Shown: one piece after another, positions 1 through 11,021 of the stretch
Numbering within the stretch: position 1 is the stretch's first letter
Layout: each line of letters begins with the position of its first letter
Assembly (NCBI GenBank): GCA_000165345.1
Contig: CM000429.1
Coordinates: forward strand, 384,001-448,000
Length of the DNA stretch: 64,000 bases
Reading direction: 5' to 3'
The notes under the pieces: model-generated
What the model was told of the DNA's origin: nothing
The model's database searches: none
Seen by the model: the letters and a program-made list of their open reading frames with translations, nothing else
Position numbers and translations under genes: made by a program

Positions 1-23
1 TTTATCGACCATTTTTGTTTTGA

Positions 24-41
24 TTTTTTTTTTTTTTTTTT
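24..41. repeat. T18 homopolymer (A18 on the minus strand) in the 5' flank
   Basis: Direct read: an uninterrupted run of 18 T. Confidence 0.9.
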
Positions 42-330
42 GGCTTTTCCTCTATCTATTTTTTAACTAGTATAACTTTATTTATTAAGCTGAAAGTAGT
101 GAAATAGGATACATGCGATAGATCGTAATTATATCAAAATTTTGATGATAAATTAAACTTAAGTGATAAAACTCGCCTTTCTTAATTATTGATTAAAATG
201 CGGTAGTATTGGCTGCATTACTCCAGCCCAAAGTCTATTCAATTTATTATATTATGATTCTATATTTCTTAAGCTAGCAAAAATAGATTATAAGGCTGTA
301 TAAATTTTTAAAATAATATGACAAATAGAG

Positions 331-456
331 ATGCTTCAAAGTAGTGGAAAATTAAGAAAGAGCATTCGCATAGAACCTAGTATTTATCAGGCATGGGTGC
401 CTCCGATTTTTTCAGAGCCCAATCGCGAAGACGAAATAAAGATTTCATTTAAAAAG
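331..456 (+). CDS. Putative 5' exon (42 codons) of the giant AT-hook/PHD protein gene
   Basis: ATG at 331 is the first in-frame ATG after a TGA at 319-321. The open frame ends exactly at a canonical donor, AAG|GTAAGT at 457. The 88-nt intron has a T-rich tract and TTTTCTTCAG acceptor ending at 544. The downstream exon continues in phase 0 straight into the 641..9271 ORF, 32 codons with no stop. Confidence 0.45.
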
Positions 457-544
457 GTAAGTAAAATCTAATATATAAATATCCTACTGTGAATTTGTAC
501 ATTTTCATTTACTTGTTCTAACTCCTTTTATTTATTTTCTTCAG

Positions 545-3500
545 TGCGAACGTTTATATGATCCGAACCTTGTTGAGAATGAACAAACTGATAAAAAAAC
601 CGATGAAACCCTCAAAAATTTAAGATTTTTACTTAGGAGCATGGAAACTGATTTTAACTACCTCTCGGGAGAAAAAATATTGGAATATATGTCTAAAAAT
701 GTGTCGGAATCGCAACGCTTTCCTTCCTATGCAGAAAAATTAATACTAACACGAGATGAGGATCTAAACGTAACTAGTATTTCTCCTATAAAATATAAAA
801 CTGACTTGAATAGGATTAAATTATTCAAGGATGAGGTTTGCTGGTCCATCAATAAATCTCAAGACTCCATGACAACTCAAAATAAGAATTTATTAGACGA
901 AACAAAAATATCTGGTAAGGCTATTAACGATAAATCATACGTGGATTCTAGCCCCATCTCCTATGGAAAACTTTGGGAAAAAACGATAAATCAACATATT
1001 TTTATTAGCATCATAGACAATTGGAAGAAAAGTGTTGGTTTTATATTTAATGATAGCTACAAGAACCTAAAATATACTTTGAACGAGGGAATTGAGCTGC
1101 TACAAGAGGGGATAGCACTAAATAATAAAATTAGACTTCCAGAATTGGAAACTCTCGTAAATGCTGTTGAAGAATCGCTAGCATTCGAAGAAAAAATCAA
1201 AAAATTACTCTCTATAGACGACCCAACAGTAAATTTAGGAGCTCTCAAGTCTCCTTGTAAGATCCCAATTACAGAGTTATGTGAACTATTGAAAGAAGGA
1301 GAAAGCTGTTCGTTTAGGTCAAACTATTTGGATTTCTTGAAATGCCAATTAGAAAAGTTGAAGTCATGGAGGAGCAATGTACAATCTGCAATAATTGAGA
1401 AAAATTTGGATAAGTGCAAAGACTTAATAAAAGATAAAGACGAGATACTTATAGAAGTTCCAGGAATAAATGACCTTACCGAGCAAATAGCAGCAAGCAA
1501 CTGGATTGAAAAGGTTGAAAGAAGCCTTAGCCGTCCAATGAAATTTAATTTTGCAGAAAATTTATTAAATGAGCCCGCATCAAAATTTTTGGATGAAAAA
1601 AATGTGGCAGCTAAACAACAATTAATTAATAGAGTCCAAAAGGCTCAAGAATGGCTCAATGTTGTTCAATCTCCACCTTTTATATATAGCTTAGTTTCTG
1701 CCTGCAAAACTACAGCTCCAAATGACATATCTGAAGTAACACAAAAAATTATTGATCAAGCAAAGATAGAAATGGAAGAATCTAAAAATTGGAAGCTCCC
1801 AAGACCTACTGAATATGAAAAAGTTTGGCTTGAAAGTTCCACACTCAAAATTATTATTCCTTTGATGAAATATATGGAGCCTGTATATTTACGTTGGAGA
1901 AAATGGAACAAGAAATATAAAAGACTTATGGATGGACTGTGCATTTATATGGAAGCACAACTTATTTTAGAGGAAGCAGAATATACATTATGCGACTATC
2001 TAGATATGAGTGAATACCTTCCAGAATTACGCAAAAAAATTAAAGAGAGTGGTGATTGGCTAAATACTAGCAAGGAGTTTCTCAACACGATCTCAGACTT
2101 TCACACAAAACAAGATATTAACAATGTATCTTCAAGTATTTGGAATACTGTTGCCGGTATAAAAAAAGGAAGTGAGTTTTCAAGGCTTGAAATTCAACAA
2201 GCTTTAGACTTCATGAACTCCCAGTTTCATGAACGCTTAAGTTATGAAAAACTGAAGCAATTAATAGAAATTGGAAACGAGCTTACTATATATGAAATGA
2301 CAATCTTGCAAGAACTTACGTCCTGTCAAGATAGCTGTGAAAAATGGCTCAAAAAGGGAAAAGAATATTTAAAATGCTCTAAGATATCTGGAATTAACAT
2401 TGCAATGGTAATAAGCCTGTTATTAGAGCGTAGCTGCATTCTTGTTTCAAAAGAAACAGAAGATTCTCTTTTTGCTGAATTGCATTTCATCATTTGGAAA
2501 ATGGACATTAATGAGATCCAAGCTCCTATTAATGACTACGAATTAAGTTCGCTTATTGAAAGATTTAATGAAGTGAAGTTATATTTTGACTTTGATCATT
2601 CTAACTTGGCAAAAACACAAAATGAAAATCAAACCCAACCTAATAAATTGATCGCTCTATCCTTACCTAATATAAAAAAAGAAAATGAAGAATCAGACCC
2701 TCAAAATAATGAAGAGTTATTAGCTCATCACTCAAGCGTATGCGAAAATAATACTACACAATCTGAAGCAAGCTATGATCCAAAAAGTCCTGAAATTAGC
2801 ATTGAAGAAATAGATATTCAACAAATAAATATTTCACACTGGAACCAGATTAAAGAACTAGAAGCTGCCGCATTTATTACAAAACTACAAAATATCTTAA
2901 TTTATTGGACCAACTTAATTCATGAGTATGAGACTGAAAAGAAAGAAGTTGAAGTTTGGCGTAGTATTTTGGAAGACCTCAAGCATCTTCCAATTTCATT
3001 TAATAAACTTGAATTAAAAATCAACAAAATAATAAGTGATTATGATCGAATTATTTCGATTCTAAAATGCGGAGATGAAGAGTCTAATCATTTGCCAGAT
3101 TTAAAACACCCGTTTTCACTTTTATATTCTTATAAGAGACTTAATGAACTAAATATTGAGGTTTCCAACCTACCAGTGAAAATTTCTGAATGGGACAAAT
3201 GGCAAAAACACTTGGATGAACTAAACCAATGTGATGATTATACCCTCTCAATGTTCTCTTATTTGAAAGAGACAGAAATTATAGTTTCAAATTGTGAAAG
3301 CACAAGTATTGAACAAATTGAGAGGAAAAAGGTGATGGATTACTTAAATAATATAAACGAAAGACTTGTTTCAAATTCTGTTTGGGGTATTACTGACTTC
3401 AAAAGAATTTTAATAGATTTGAAGTTTACAGGTAAACTGATTCAGGACTTATCTATTTGTGAGTGTTGGATAAAAAGTGTAAAGGGAGATTCCTCAAATG

Positions 3501-6500
3501 ATCCAATGGGAATCGAACATTGGAATAGCTTGCTTCAAAGAGGAAGAACAATTAGAATAATTGACCACGAAATTTTCAATAAATTCGAAGCTCAAGTTAA
3601 GCAGTCAATAGAATGGAATGAAATATACTTCACAGCTCTGCATTCGGATGCATTTTGCAAAGTTATAAAGTATAAAAGGAATAGTAAACCATCTAATAAG
3701 ATAATTTACGAAATTGCAGAACTTTTGGTTAGAGTAGATTATGGAATAGGCGAAAGACTCGTTACTTTTAGAGAGCTAAGACAGAGCGTAAATTCTTTTG
3801 TAGAACTACGTAACCAGGGAATTAAATATTTGAATATATGTATTAATGAAAGAAGAGATAAAGTTTTTTCTAGGTTATTAAATAAATATTTGAATCAATC
3901 CCAAGTTTCTACTCAACAAAACTCAGAAGTTATAGACCAAATAAATTCAATTAAGCAATTTACATCTGATTTAAAGAACCTCCTGGAAAGCTGTAATCAA
4001 CACACAATTTCTATGGATTTAATAAGTTATATACAAGATGAGATTCTATTGCGTGAAATCAATCAGAAAATGTTCAACGCACTAATTAATCAAGAAAATC
4101 CTTATTTCACAACAAATTTATATGGTTATTCTGCTGCTTCAAATGATTCAAAGATCCCCACATTCGATGAAGCAAATGATATTGTTAACTTTATTAGAAT
4201 TAATGATTTAAATATTATGCCAGAAAACTATTCAAACATAAATGAGACCAATGGCTCTCAAACTCAGCTTTCATTTGAAATTCATGAAAAAAGTCAGCTC
4301 ACAATCAAAGAGCTTAAAGAAATAGTTTTGAATTCTGAATCTGTTTTAATGAAGGGCCTTGATTCAACTGGAATGTTAATTGAAAAGAAATACATTGATG
4401 TTGATCTGTTCAAAAAATTTAGGAAAGCTGTATATATTTCTAGTGAATGGTTGAAAGTTTTCAAGATTAATCATTTTAACATAATTGATAACATAAAAGC
4501 TGAAAGTTTTTATAATAGAGAAGTTCCAAAAAACTTGTTATCACTTAACGTTAAATCTTCAATAGATTATTTGTTAAAAGAATATCTTAAGAGCCAAGTA
4601 AGTGAGCTCGTGATTAATTCAGTACCAGAAAAAGAATGTGCTATCAATCAAGTCAAATTTGAGTTAAATTGGAATCAAATCCTTGAAAGATTTAATGAGT
4701 TGGAGATGAATGATTTAATCCAATTTAAAGGGAAAAATAATGATATTATTAAGAGATTGTTACATACTTTTGAAGTGGCTGATGAACGCTTAGATGATTA
4801 TTCAACAAAGCTTGATGAGAATATTCTATGCAAAAATGAACAATCTTCCGAGGAAGTATTTTTTGATGACTATTCAAAATATAGTGCCCCTTTATTTTTA
4901 AACCTTTTGCATTATTTAAGGAATAATAAGAGTGCTTTATCGAATTTTGCCGATGAAAAATCTTACTATGAAAGCCTACTCAACTCTATTAAATCACATA
5001 TAAATCTTAAATATTGTATCCACTTATCCGATGAAGAAAGATTAAATATTCAACAATTCGAAGAAAGTTTAGGTGTCAGCAGTAATTATAGATTAAGCGA
5101 TACAGAATTACAGAAAAATGAAACCATACAGGATCCAAATATATCAACTCAAAATATAAAATACAAAAGAAATAAGAGATCTAAATCGCTAATTAATGGA
5201 GAAAGGGTTAATGAAGAAAACATTGATAGTATTATCAATATATTAAGGAATATTGAAATGCCAAGTATCGAATTATCTCTTTTCCTAATCAATTTTGGAA
5301 AAAAGTTTGTTAAATTTGAATTAAAAGAATTCTCAAATTTATGTAAAATGGTTGAATTTTCTTTGCTTTGGATGGCCTTAGTTATTACTAAATTCCCAAA
5401 TTTTATAAAAGCGAGCCTGGGAGATGATATCAGTGAAATAAGTGGCATTGAAGCAATAAAAAAACAAAATAGTCAATTAGTTTTTGAAGATTGGGAGAAA
5501 AATGTTTGTTTTGATTTTTTCAGTACAAACAATATTTGTCTCGGTACTATTAATACTGGCGAAATAGCAAACTCTCAATGTAAGCGTCTTCAAAATACTT
5601 TGGAACTCAAAGAATTCGTCTCTTTAATTGAGACATGCGATCAATTACCAATTCAAATACCAATTAAATCGAGGCTTGTAAATATTCTTGTGGATGCATT
5701 AAAATGGACAATCTCCGCTAGAGAAGCAATATTACTATTACCTAGAAATACAATATTATGTCCATGGGTACATATTGAAGGAATAGTGGAAGAAATTACT
5801 CTACGCTCAAAGAATAGTCAAATAATGAAAACTATTGGCCTTGATAAGAATATTTATAATATCAAAGATGAAGAAATTATGAATATCATATCAAACTTCA
5901 ACGCTAATGAATATGAAACTTGTTCTAATTTTGAAAAGAATGGTGAAGTAGACATTCAAGTTAAAAAACTTCCAAGGCCTAGAGGAAGACCTAAAAGAGA
6001 ACAGGTTTGTGTGACAAAAAACGAATCACAATTTGAAGATATATTTAATAATATATGCATGGATTACAAAGAAATAGATCGCTTGCCTAATTGCGTTTTT
6101 CCAAAGTCATTTTATTTGTGGTTGTTAAATGAAAACAACAATAAATATTTTAGTGTTCAAGATTTGATGTCTATTACATCCAAGGATGAAGATAATAAAA
6201 ATTCCAAATTAAATAATTCCCAAAACTGTAATTCAAACATTGGATGGGAGAACGGTTACTTTTATTGGAATAAAAGCGGTAGTTCAGCTTCAAAAGAATC
6301 CATTGTTGAAGATGACTGTGGAAGTGATTGTAAATTGCAATATATTGGATTGATTGATCCCCAAAATTATCCAAAGAAGGAGGTTTATAAAAGCAAATTA
6401 TTGTTAGATTTTATCCTTTGCATTGAAGTATACAATAACATTCAAAACAATCCTGCAGAGTTGTGTTCTATTTGTTCCAATTTCAGAAAACGAAAACATA

Positions 6501-9271
6501 CTAATAATATTTCACCTCTAAACTGTAACTCTAGCTGGATTGTTTGCGAAGAATGCAGCCGTTGGTACCACCAGGATTGCGTTGGGTATTCCTCCAAGTC
6601 AAATAATTTTCCAGAGAAGCTATCAAATGGTTCTAATTCAGCAAATGAATTGTCATCTTGGACTTGCCCATCGTGTAGTTTGAGGTCTTCAACTTCAATT
6701 GGTCGTTCTAATTCAATTATTAACTTATTAAAAAACAGCAATAATCTTGAACTTTTTCATAGTAATAATGCTTACATACTTTCGGATATACACTGTAAAT
6801 CTATTGATCGAGCAGAAAAGAATAAAACTTATGATAAATCATTAAAAAGAGAAGTCCCAACTTTAGAAAACCTTAAGCAAATCATGAAGAGCAGTTTCTC
6901 TGATAAAATTTCTTTCATTAGGCTTCATGAAAGAAACGTAATTGCAAATACATTTTATCTATTTAATGTTTGGGTGAATGACTTTTATAGAATATTAAAA
7001 TGGGACCCATTTGAGTTTTCTGAATTTAATTCTTCAGTTTTCTTTGATCCAGCTGAGATTCAAGAACGCATAATGAATAAACAAATACTGAAAGAAAAGA
7101 GTGATCTTCTGGATAAAGCTGAAGAAGACGAAAATTTATTAAAGGAAAAACATATAGAGCATGAACAAGCTGTTGCTATGTCTGATATTACGCAAACTAG
7201 CCGTAAAGGTAGACTACTTAAAAACAAATTATCAGCAAAGGAGATGCTAAATCCTAAATTGAATTCCATTAAACCAAAGAAGGGAAGAAAGAGACGCTTG
7301 CTATTCCCAAGTACAGTTACTAAAAAACAAATTAGAAGAAGTTTTCCCTGTATGATTGATAACTCAGCTGGCACTCTACAAATAAACTTTGAAACGGTCT
7401 TCAAGGATATCTCTCCCGGCTGTAAATATAATATCGATCTAGATTATATAGGCAAAAATAAAATAATTGAAGCTGGCTTATCAAAGCCTTTAGAAATTGA
7501 TGAAATTATGAATTTGTATATTATTGGGTCTCTAATTGGTTTGGACGGAGCTGTTGAATTTGAGTGGTTATACTGTATATTAAAATATTTGGTATTCTTC
7601 AATTCTAAATTCGGATTTTATAACGAAAACCTTGCGTTACTAAACAGTTTTCAGCTCTCTGAAGAATTATCATTTATCAATACTCTCAAAAATCAAAAAA
7701 GACTTTCTTGGGAGGAATTCAAATATATCTTAGTTCATTTTTCACCAAACTTTCCAATAAAGCTTAATTCTTGCAAAATTTTTTATTTGAATTTACCAAA
7801 GTTGAGATCGATAAAACTAAAATGTAAATCAATTTTAGATTATATTAAAAATTCTAGCCAGGAAAACCTTACAAAACCTCAAAGTATTGATCAAAATAAT
7901 CGAAATTTGTTTACAGATCACGAGCAACACAAACTAAATGGGAAAAACTTTAAAACTGAGTTAGAGTCATTGTTAATTGGCATCGTCAAATCTGGAATAA
8001 TCATTCCTGAAGAAAAGATTGTTTCCCATTTATTGTTCACATACTGTTTGGAATCTATTTTACTGCTATATGGAAAACAAATTTCAAGTGTATATTGTAA
8101 CCAACTTAATCCAAAACCTTTGCATTCAACATTAGTTAATATTAATCAACACATTTTATTTTGGAAAGAGTCAGATGCTAATCTTTCAAAGATATATGGA
8201 ACCAGATTCATTCCTCCAGAATATAATGGTTTTGTTTTAGAAAATGAAGGCTCATGTTTCCAAAATCAGGAAAACAAACCCTTGTTGCGCATTCAACGCT
8301 TTATTAAATATTGTGAAACAATTCAAGAATCAATAAATCAATGCAATGAATGGAATGAAAGATACAAATTTTTAATGGAAACACCAAATGAATTTGAGAT
8401 TTATGTTAAGTTTCTTAAGCAGGGGCTAAATCTACCTTGTATTTACCCTACTGTATATTCTTTTGGAAATATATTAGCTTCAATAGAGAGCTACGAAGAC
8501 TTTGTAAATCAAGTTTTTGAAAGCCCAAGTAATGCTAGCTCGCTTACAAAAGCTTCAAATCCTCCAGGTAGCTTCAAACCATCATTTGCGCAAACAGTTG
8601 GTGCTATAGTTGGCTCCAGCCAACCCTCACTGAACCCAAAATTTGAAAATATTCAAATATTAAAAAATGTAAGGGAGTTCTTAAAAGGACTTCCTATTCA
8701 GAAGAGTGATTTAATTTTAAAAATAGACCAAATGGAAGAAAATACCCAACGTTTTATTGAAGGTATCAAACAAAAAATGCCGCAATTAAAGCAACTTAGT
8801 TCAACTGAAGCGTTAATTTCCCAATTACAACTAATTAAAGAAGAAGCGATTCACAAAGTTCCAATAATTGTCAATAATGTGCCTGAACTTAGGGAGTTAT
8901 TGAGTAATATCCCTGATTTTGGCTCCCCTCATCACAACTTGTTATTAAGAACTCAATTTCTTATGTCATTACAATGCCCAATTGCCAAGTTAAGGAAGCC
9001 ACTCAATCCATTCCCAAATATCCCGGAAGCTTCTTCTAGCCTATCTAGTGTCGTTGGACAAAGCCAAAATAACGAACTTCATCAGTCAGAAACTAAAGGA
9101 GAACTTATGGACTCTCAAGGAAATAATTCTAACAAGTCAATCTTACATGCGCCTGGCGGCGCAAATAGTAAAATTAACACATCTTGCCAACTACCAAACA
9201 GTATGTCATTTATCTGGCAAAACTTAGTCCAACAGGGGAGTAATCCTATGAGTCATTACTATTATAAATAA
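545..9271 (+). CDS. Giant nuclear/chromatin protein of about 2900 aa with an AT-hook (KKLPRPRGRPKRE) and a C4HC3 PHD finger (CSICSNF...CEECSRWYHQDC...WTCPSC), otherwise low-complexity. This is main exon 2; the track ORF 641..9271 is extended in frame back to the acceptor at 545.
   Basis: An 8.6-kb uninterrupted ORF. The PHD cysteine/histidine spacing and RGRP AT-hook are visible in the translation. Lys/Asn/Glu-rich composition is typical of apicomplexan nuclear proteins. Confidence 0.8.
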   Translation, partial: CERLYDPNLVENEQTDKKTDETLKNLRFLLRSMETDFNYLSGEKILEYMSKNVSESQRFPSYAEKLILTRDEDLNVTSISPIKYKTDLNRIKLFKDEVCWSINKSQDSMTTQNKNLLDETKISGKAINDKSYVDSSPISYGKLWEKTINQHIFISIIDNWKKSVGFIFNDSYKNLKYTLNEGIELLQEGIALNNKIRLPELETLVNAVEESLAFEEKIKKLLSIDDPTVNLGALKSPCKIPITELCELLKEGESCSFRSNYLDFLKCQLEKLKSWRSNVQSAIIEKNLDKCKDLIKDKDEILIEVPGINDLTEQIAASNWIEKVERSLSRPMKFNFAENLLNEPASKFLDEKNVAAKQQLINRVQKAQEWLNVVQSPPFIYSLVSACKTTAPNDISEVTQKIIDQAKIEMEESKNWKLPRPTEYEKVWLESSTLKIIIPLMKYMEPVYLRWRKWNKKYKRLMDGLCIYMEAQLILEEAEYTLCDYLDMSEYLPELRKKIKESGDWLNTSKEFLNTISDFHTKQDINNVSSSIWNTVAGIKKGSEFSRLEIQQALDFMNSQFHERLSYEKLKQLIEIGNELTIYEMTILQELTSCQDSCEKWLKKGKEYLKCSKISGINIAMVISLLLERSCILVSKETEDSLFAELHFIIWKMDINEIQAPINDYELSSLIERFNEVKLYFDFDHSNLAKTQNENQTQPNKLIALSLPNIKKENEESDPQNNEELLAHHSSVCENNTTQSEASYDPKSPEISIEEIDIQQINISHWNQIKELEAAAFITKLQNILIYWTNLIHEYETEKKEVEVWRSILEDLKHLPISFNKLELKINKIISDYDRIISILKCGDEESNHLPDLKHPFSLLYSYKRLNELNIEVSNLPVKISEWDKWQKHLDELNQCDDYTLSMFSYLKETEIIVSNCESTSIEQIERKKVMDYLNNINERLVSNSVWGITDFKRILIDLKFTGKLIQDLSICECWIKSVKGDSSNDPMGIEHWNSLLQRGRTIRIIDHEIFNKFEAQVKQSIEWNEIYFTALHSDAFCKVIKYKRNSKPSNKIIYEIAELLVRVDYGIGERLVTFRELRQSVNSFVELRNQGIKYLNICINERRDKVFSRLLNKYLNQSQVSTQQNSEVIDQINSIKQFTSDLKNLLESCNQHTISMDLISYIQDEILLREINQKMFNALINQENPYFTTNLYGYSAASNDSKIPTFDEANDIVNFIRINDLNIMPENYSNINETNGSQTQLSFEIHEKSQLTIKELKEIVLNSESVLMKGLDSTGMLIEKKYIDVDLFKKFRKAVYISSEWLKVFKINHFNIIDNIKAESFYNREVPKNLLSLNVKSSIDYLLKEYLKSQVSELVINSVPEKECAINQVKFELNWNQILERFNELEMNDLIQFKGKNNDIIKRLLHTFEVADERLDDYSTKLDENILCKNEQSSEEVFFDDYSKYSAPLFLNLLHYLRNNKSALSNFADEKSYYESLLNSIKSHINLKYCIHLSDEERLNIQQFEESLGVSSNYRLSDTELQKNETIQDPNISTQNIKYKRNKRSKSLINGERVNEENIDSIINILRNIEMPSIELSLFLINFGKKFVKFELKEFSNLCKMVEFSLLWMALVITKFPNFIKASLGDDISEISGIEAIKKQNSQLVFEDWEKNVCFDFFSTNNICLGTINTGEIANSQCKRLQNTLELKEFVSLIETCDQLPIQIPIKSRLVNILVDALKWTISAREAILLLPRNTILCPWVHIEGIVEEITLRSKNSQIMKTIGLDKNIYNIKDEEIMNIISNFNANEYETCSNFEKNGEVDIQVKKLPRPRGRPKREQVCVTKNESQFEDIFNNICMDYKEIDRLPNCVFPKSFYLWLLNENNNKYFSVQDLMSITSKDEDNKNSKLNNSQNCNSNIGWENGYFYWNKSGSSASKESIVEDDCGSDCKLQYIGLIDPQNYPKKEVYKSKLLLDFILCIEVYNNIQNNPAELCSICSNFRKRKHTNNISPLNCNSSWIVCEECSRWYHQDCVGYSSKSNNFPEKLSNGSNSANELSSWTCPSCSLRSSTSIGRSNSIINLLKNSNNLELFHSNNAYILSDIHCKSIDRAEKNKTYDKSLKREVPTLENLKQIMKSSFSDKISFIRLHERNVIANTFYLFNVWVNDFYRILKWDPFEFSEFNSSVFFDPAEIQERIMNKQILKEKSDLLDKAEEDENLLKEKHIEHEQAVAMSDITQTSRKGRLLKNKLSAKEMLNPKLNSIKPKKGRKRRLLFPSTVTKKQIRRSFPCMIDNSAGTLQINFETVFKDISPGCKYNIDLDYIGKNKIIEAGLSKPLEIDEIMNLYIIGSLIGLDGAVEFEWLYCILKYLVFFNSKFGFYNENLALLNSFQLSEELSFINTLKNQKRLSWEEFKYILVHFSPNFPIKLNSCKIFYLNLPKLRSIKLKCKSILDYIKNSSQENLTKPQSIDQNNRNLFTDHEQHKLNGKNFKTELESLLIGIVKSGIIIPEEKIVSHLLFTYCLESILLLYGKQISSVYCNQLNPKPLHSTLVNINQHILFWKESDANLSKIYGTRFIPPEYNGFVLENEGSCFQNQENKPLLRIQRFIKYCETIQESINQCNEWNERYKFLMETPNEFEIYVKFLKQGLNLPCIYPTVYSFGNILASIESYEDFVNQVFESPSNASSLTKASNPPGSFKPSFAQTVGAIVGSSQPSLNPKFENIQILKNVREFLKGLPIQKSDLILKIDQMEENTQRFIEGIKQKMPQLKQLSSTEALISQLQLIKEEAIHKVPIIVNNVPELRELLSNIPDFGSPHHNLLLRTQFLMSLQCPIAKLRKPLNPFPNIPEASSSLSSVVGQSQNNELHQSETKGELMDSQGNNSNKSILHAPGGANSKINTSCQLPNSMSFIWQNLVQQGSNPMSHYYYK

Positions 9272-9386
9272 AATTAACTGATCTCATATATAATTATTGA
9301 TTGTATTTTTTAGCTTAGTACTCTGCTATAATTTTTTTTTGTAATTCGAGCTTATACATGCAAACTTTCCCCTTTGTGAAAAAATT

Positions 9387-9773
9387 ATGGAAAACTTAAT
9401 AATTATGTGGAGTTTAATGAAAAGTTGTTGTTATTCAATTGGAGGAAGCTCTTGCACAGATCCTGTCAATTTTAATGCAGATTGGTGTAGTTTGATACAT
9501 ACAAATGATGAGGAATCAAAAAATTTTCAATATAAGTTGAACTCCTCTAAAAGAGATGAATCTTCAGAAAACCAGAAAAAGATATCAATGAGCTCCACAG
9601 ATATTAATGATCTCGTAAACTATTTTATTAAATGCGCATTAAATGGAGTATCTGTCGATATTTATGATCAAGCAAGTCAGTCTTTTGTTTCAGGCAAATA
9701 TTTTATCAACAGAAATTTGAATATTATTACATTTAAGTCACCTGTACATACAATAATCATTCCATTTAAAGCT
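9387..9773 (+). CDS. Hypothetical small protein, possibly the first exon of a multi-exon gene
   Basis: A 133-aa ORF whose last codons overlap a canonical GTAAGT at 9774. AG acceptors downstream (9819, 10050) allow an in-frame continuation. No recognisable family; weak Roadblock/LC7-like pattern only. Confidence 0.2.
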
Positions 9774-10339
9774 GTAAGTTTATACTGAGGTAAACTGTCC
9801 AATTCTTACAAAATCTTAGATAAATACACTCCTAAACAGTTCTGAATTTAACTACTTGTATTCAAACAGCCATAACATGTCAAGCGACCACAACAAGCAA
9901 ATTATTACGATTATTTTCGATTCTAATATGGAAAAAAGTGACACAATTCCAATTCTATTTAATGATCAAAGCTCCGCCAACAATTTCTTACTTGTGGTCG
10001 AGATTCTGAGGTAAGCTGTAACTCAAATAACCCTGGAAAGCTATCTAACAGAATGCAGATACAATGAAATGAGCGACGAGAACTACAGGGAAAACTCAGA
10101 CGAGTCCATGGCTGAGAACAAAATTCCAAATTTGCAGTGAATTGAACAAGAGATAATAAAAGGTTAAGAAAAATGAAAATAATGAAAAAAAAGTACTGTT
10201 AGTTTAAAATACCTATTTAACAGCTTTCCTAGACTCGAGAAGATCCATAAAATCGATATTTATCTAACGTAATAAACTTATGTGAGAAACAGCTCCCATA
10301 GGATACGTAATTAATTATCACGTAGGATAATTTAACAGC

Positions 10340-10663
10340 TTATGCTGCTCTCTTTCTCTGTTGCTGAATAATATCAACAAGTTCATCTCGCTTCTTCTTG
10401 GCTCTTCTTTCAGTCCCCAAGCGTGCTCTAGCAAATCTCATTGCTCTCTTAGCTGTCGATGCAGACCCAACCTTTAATAATTCCATCATTCTCTTTTCAT
10501 ATGGTGCGAAACCTGCAACTTCGCGAATTACCTGTCTAACCAAGGCATTTCTTGCAGAAAGCTTTCCCTTGCGCGAACTTGGTCTGGGTCGTTGTGGTCT
10601 CTTAGTCACAATAAAGCCGGTATTCAAGCCAACTACGGTTCCTGTTGAAATAGATGAGGTCAT
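10340..10663 (-). CDS. RPL36: 60S ribosomal protein L36e
   Basis: The 107-aa translation VGLNTGFIVTKR...RQVIREVAGFAPYEKRMMELLKV...RRAKKKRDEL matches the eukaryotic L36e family along its full length. Confidence 0.93.
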   Translation of the reverse strand: MTSSISTGTVVGLNTGFIVTKRPQRPRPSSRKGKLSARNALVRQVIREVAGFAPYEKRMMELLKVGSASTAKRAMRFARARLGTERRAKKKRDELVDIIQQQRKRAA

Positions 10664-11021
10664 TGTTACAATTCAAAGCTTGCCCAATTAAGACTTCGCT
10701 AACTCTGATTTAACGCTGCAATATTATTATTTTGAAGTCAATAAGAACTAATAATAGTTAAATAGCAATCGTTTTAATAAAACATATACGTTTTAAAAAT
10801 AAAACTAACATTTGTCTCAGCACATGGCGGTATTGAGTTGCCGCCTCTTCGGTAACTCATCTATTTTGTCAGCTGTGACAATTAATCAACTTGTCCTGAA
10901 ATATTTCTGGGCAAGTGAAATGAATGTATCTATAAAGTTAAGTCAGTTATTATACATAAAGGTAATTGATATATTGAATTTGAAACGCTAATATTCCCCT
11001 TAAATCTTCTAAATACGTGCA

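Noticed and set aside
24-41. Poly-T tracts (24..41, 48787..48806, 15966..15978) as Pol III terminators or tRNA flanks
   Set aside because: No tRNA-like cloverleaf, A/B box or structured RNA was seen next to them. The 15966 tract is simply a run of Lys codons inside the PHD-PWWP CDS.
1057-8000. Many 60 to 115-aa minus-strand ORFs inside the giant gene (1057..1248, 1756..1944, 5149..5448, 6442..6741, 7060..7404 and others)
   Set aside because: They are antisense within a continuous 8.6-kb coding frame, and low-complexity AT-rich sequence generates these frequently. There is no independent support.
10398-10691. 97-aa plus-strand ORF
   Set aside because: It lies entirely antisense to the well-supported RPL36 CDS. 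This is a chance ORF in a GC-richer ribosomal-protein gene.
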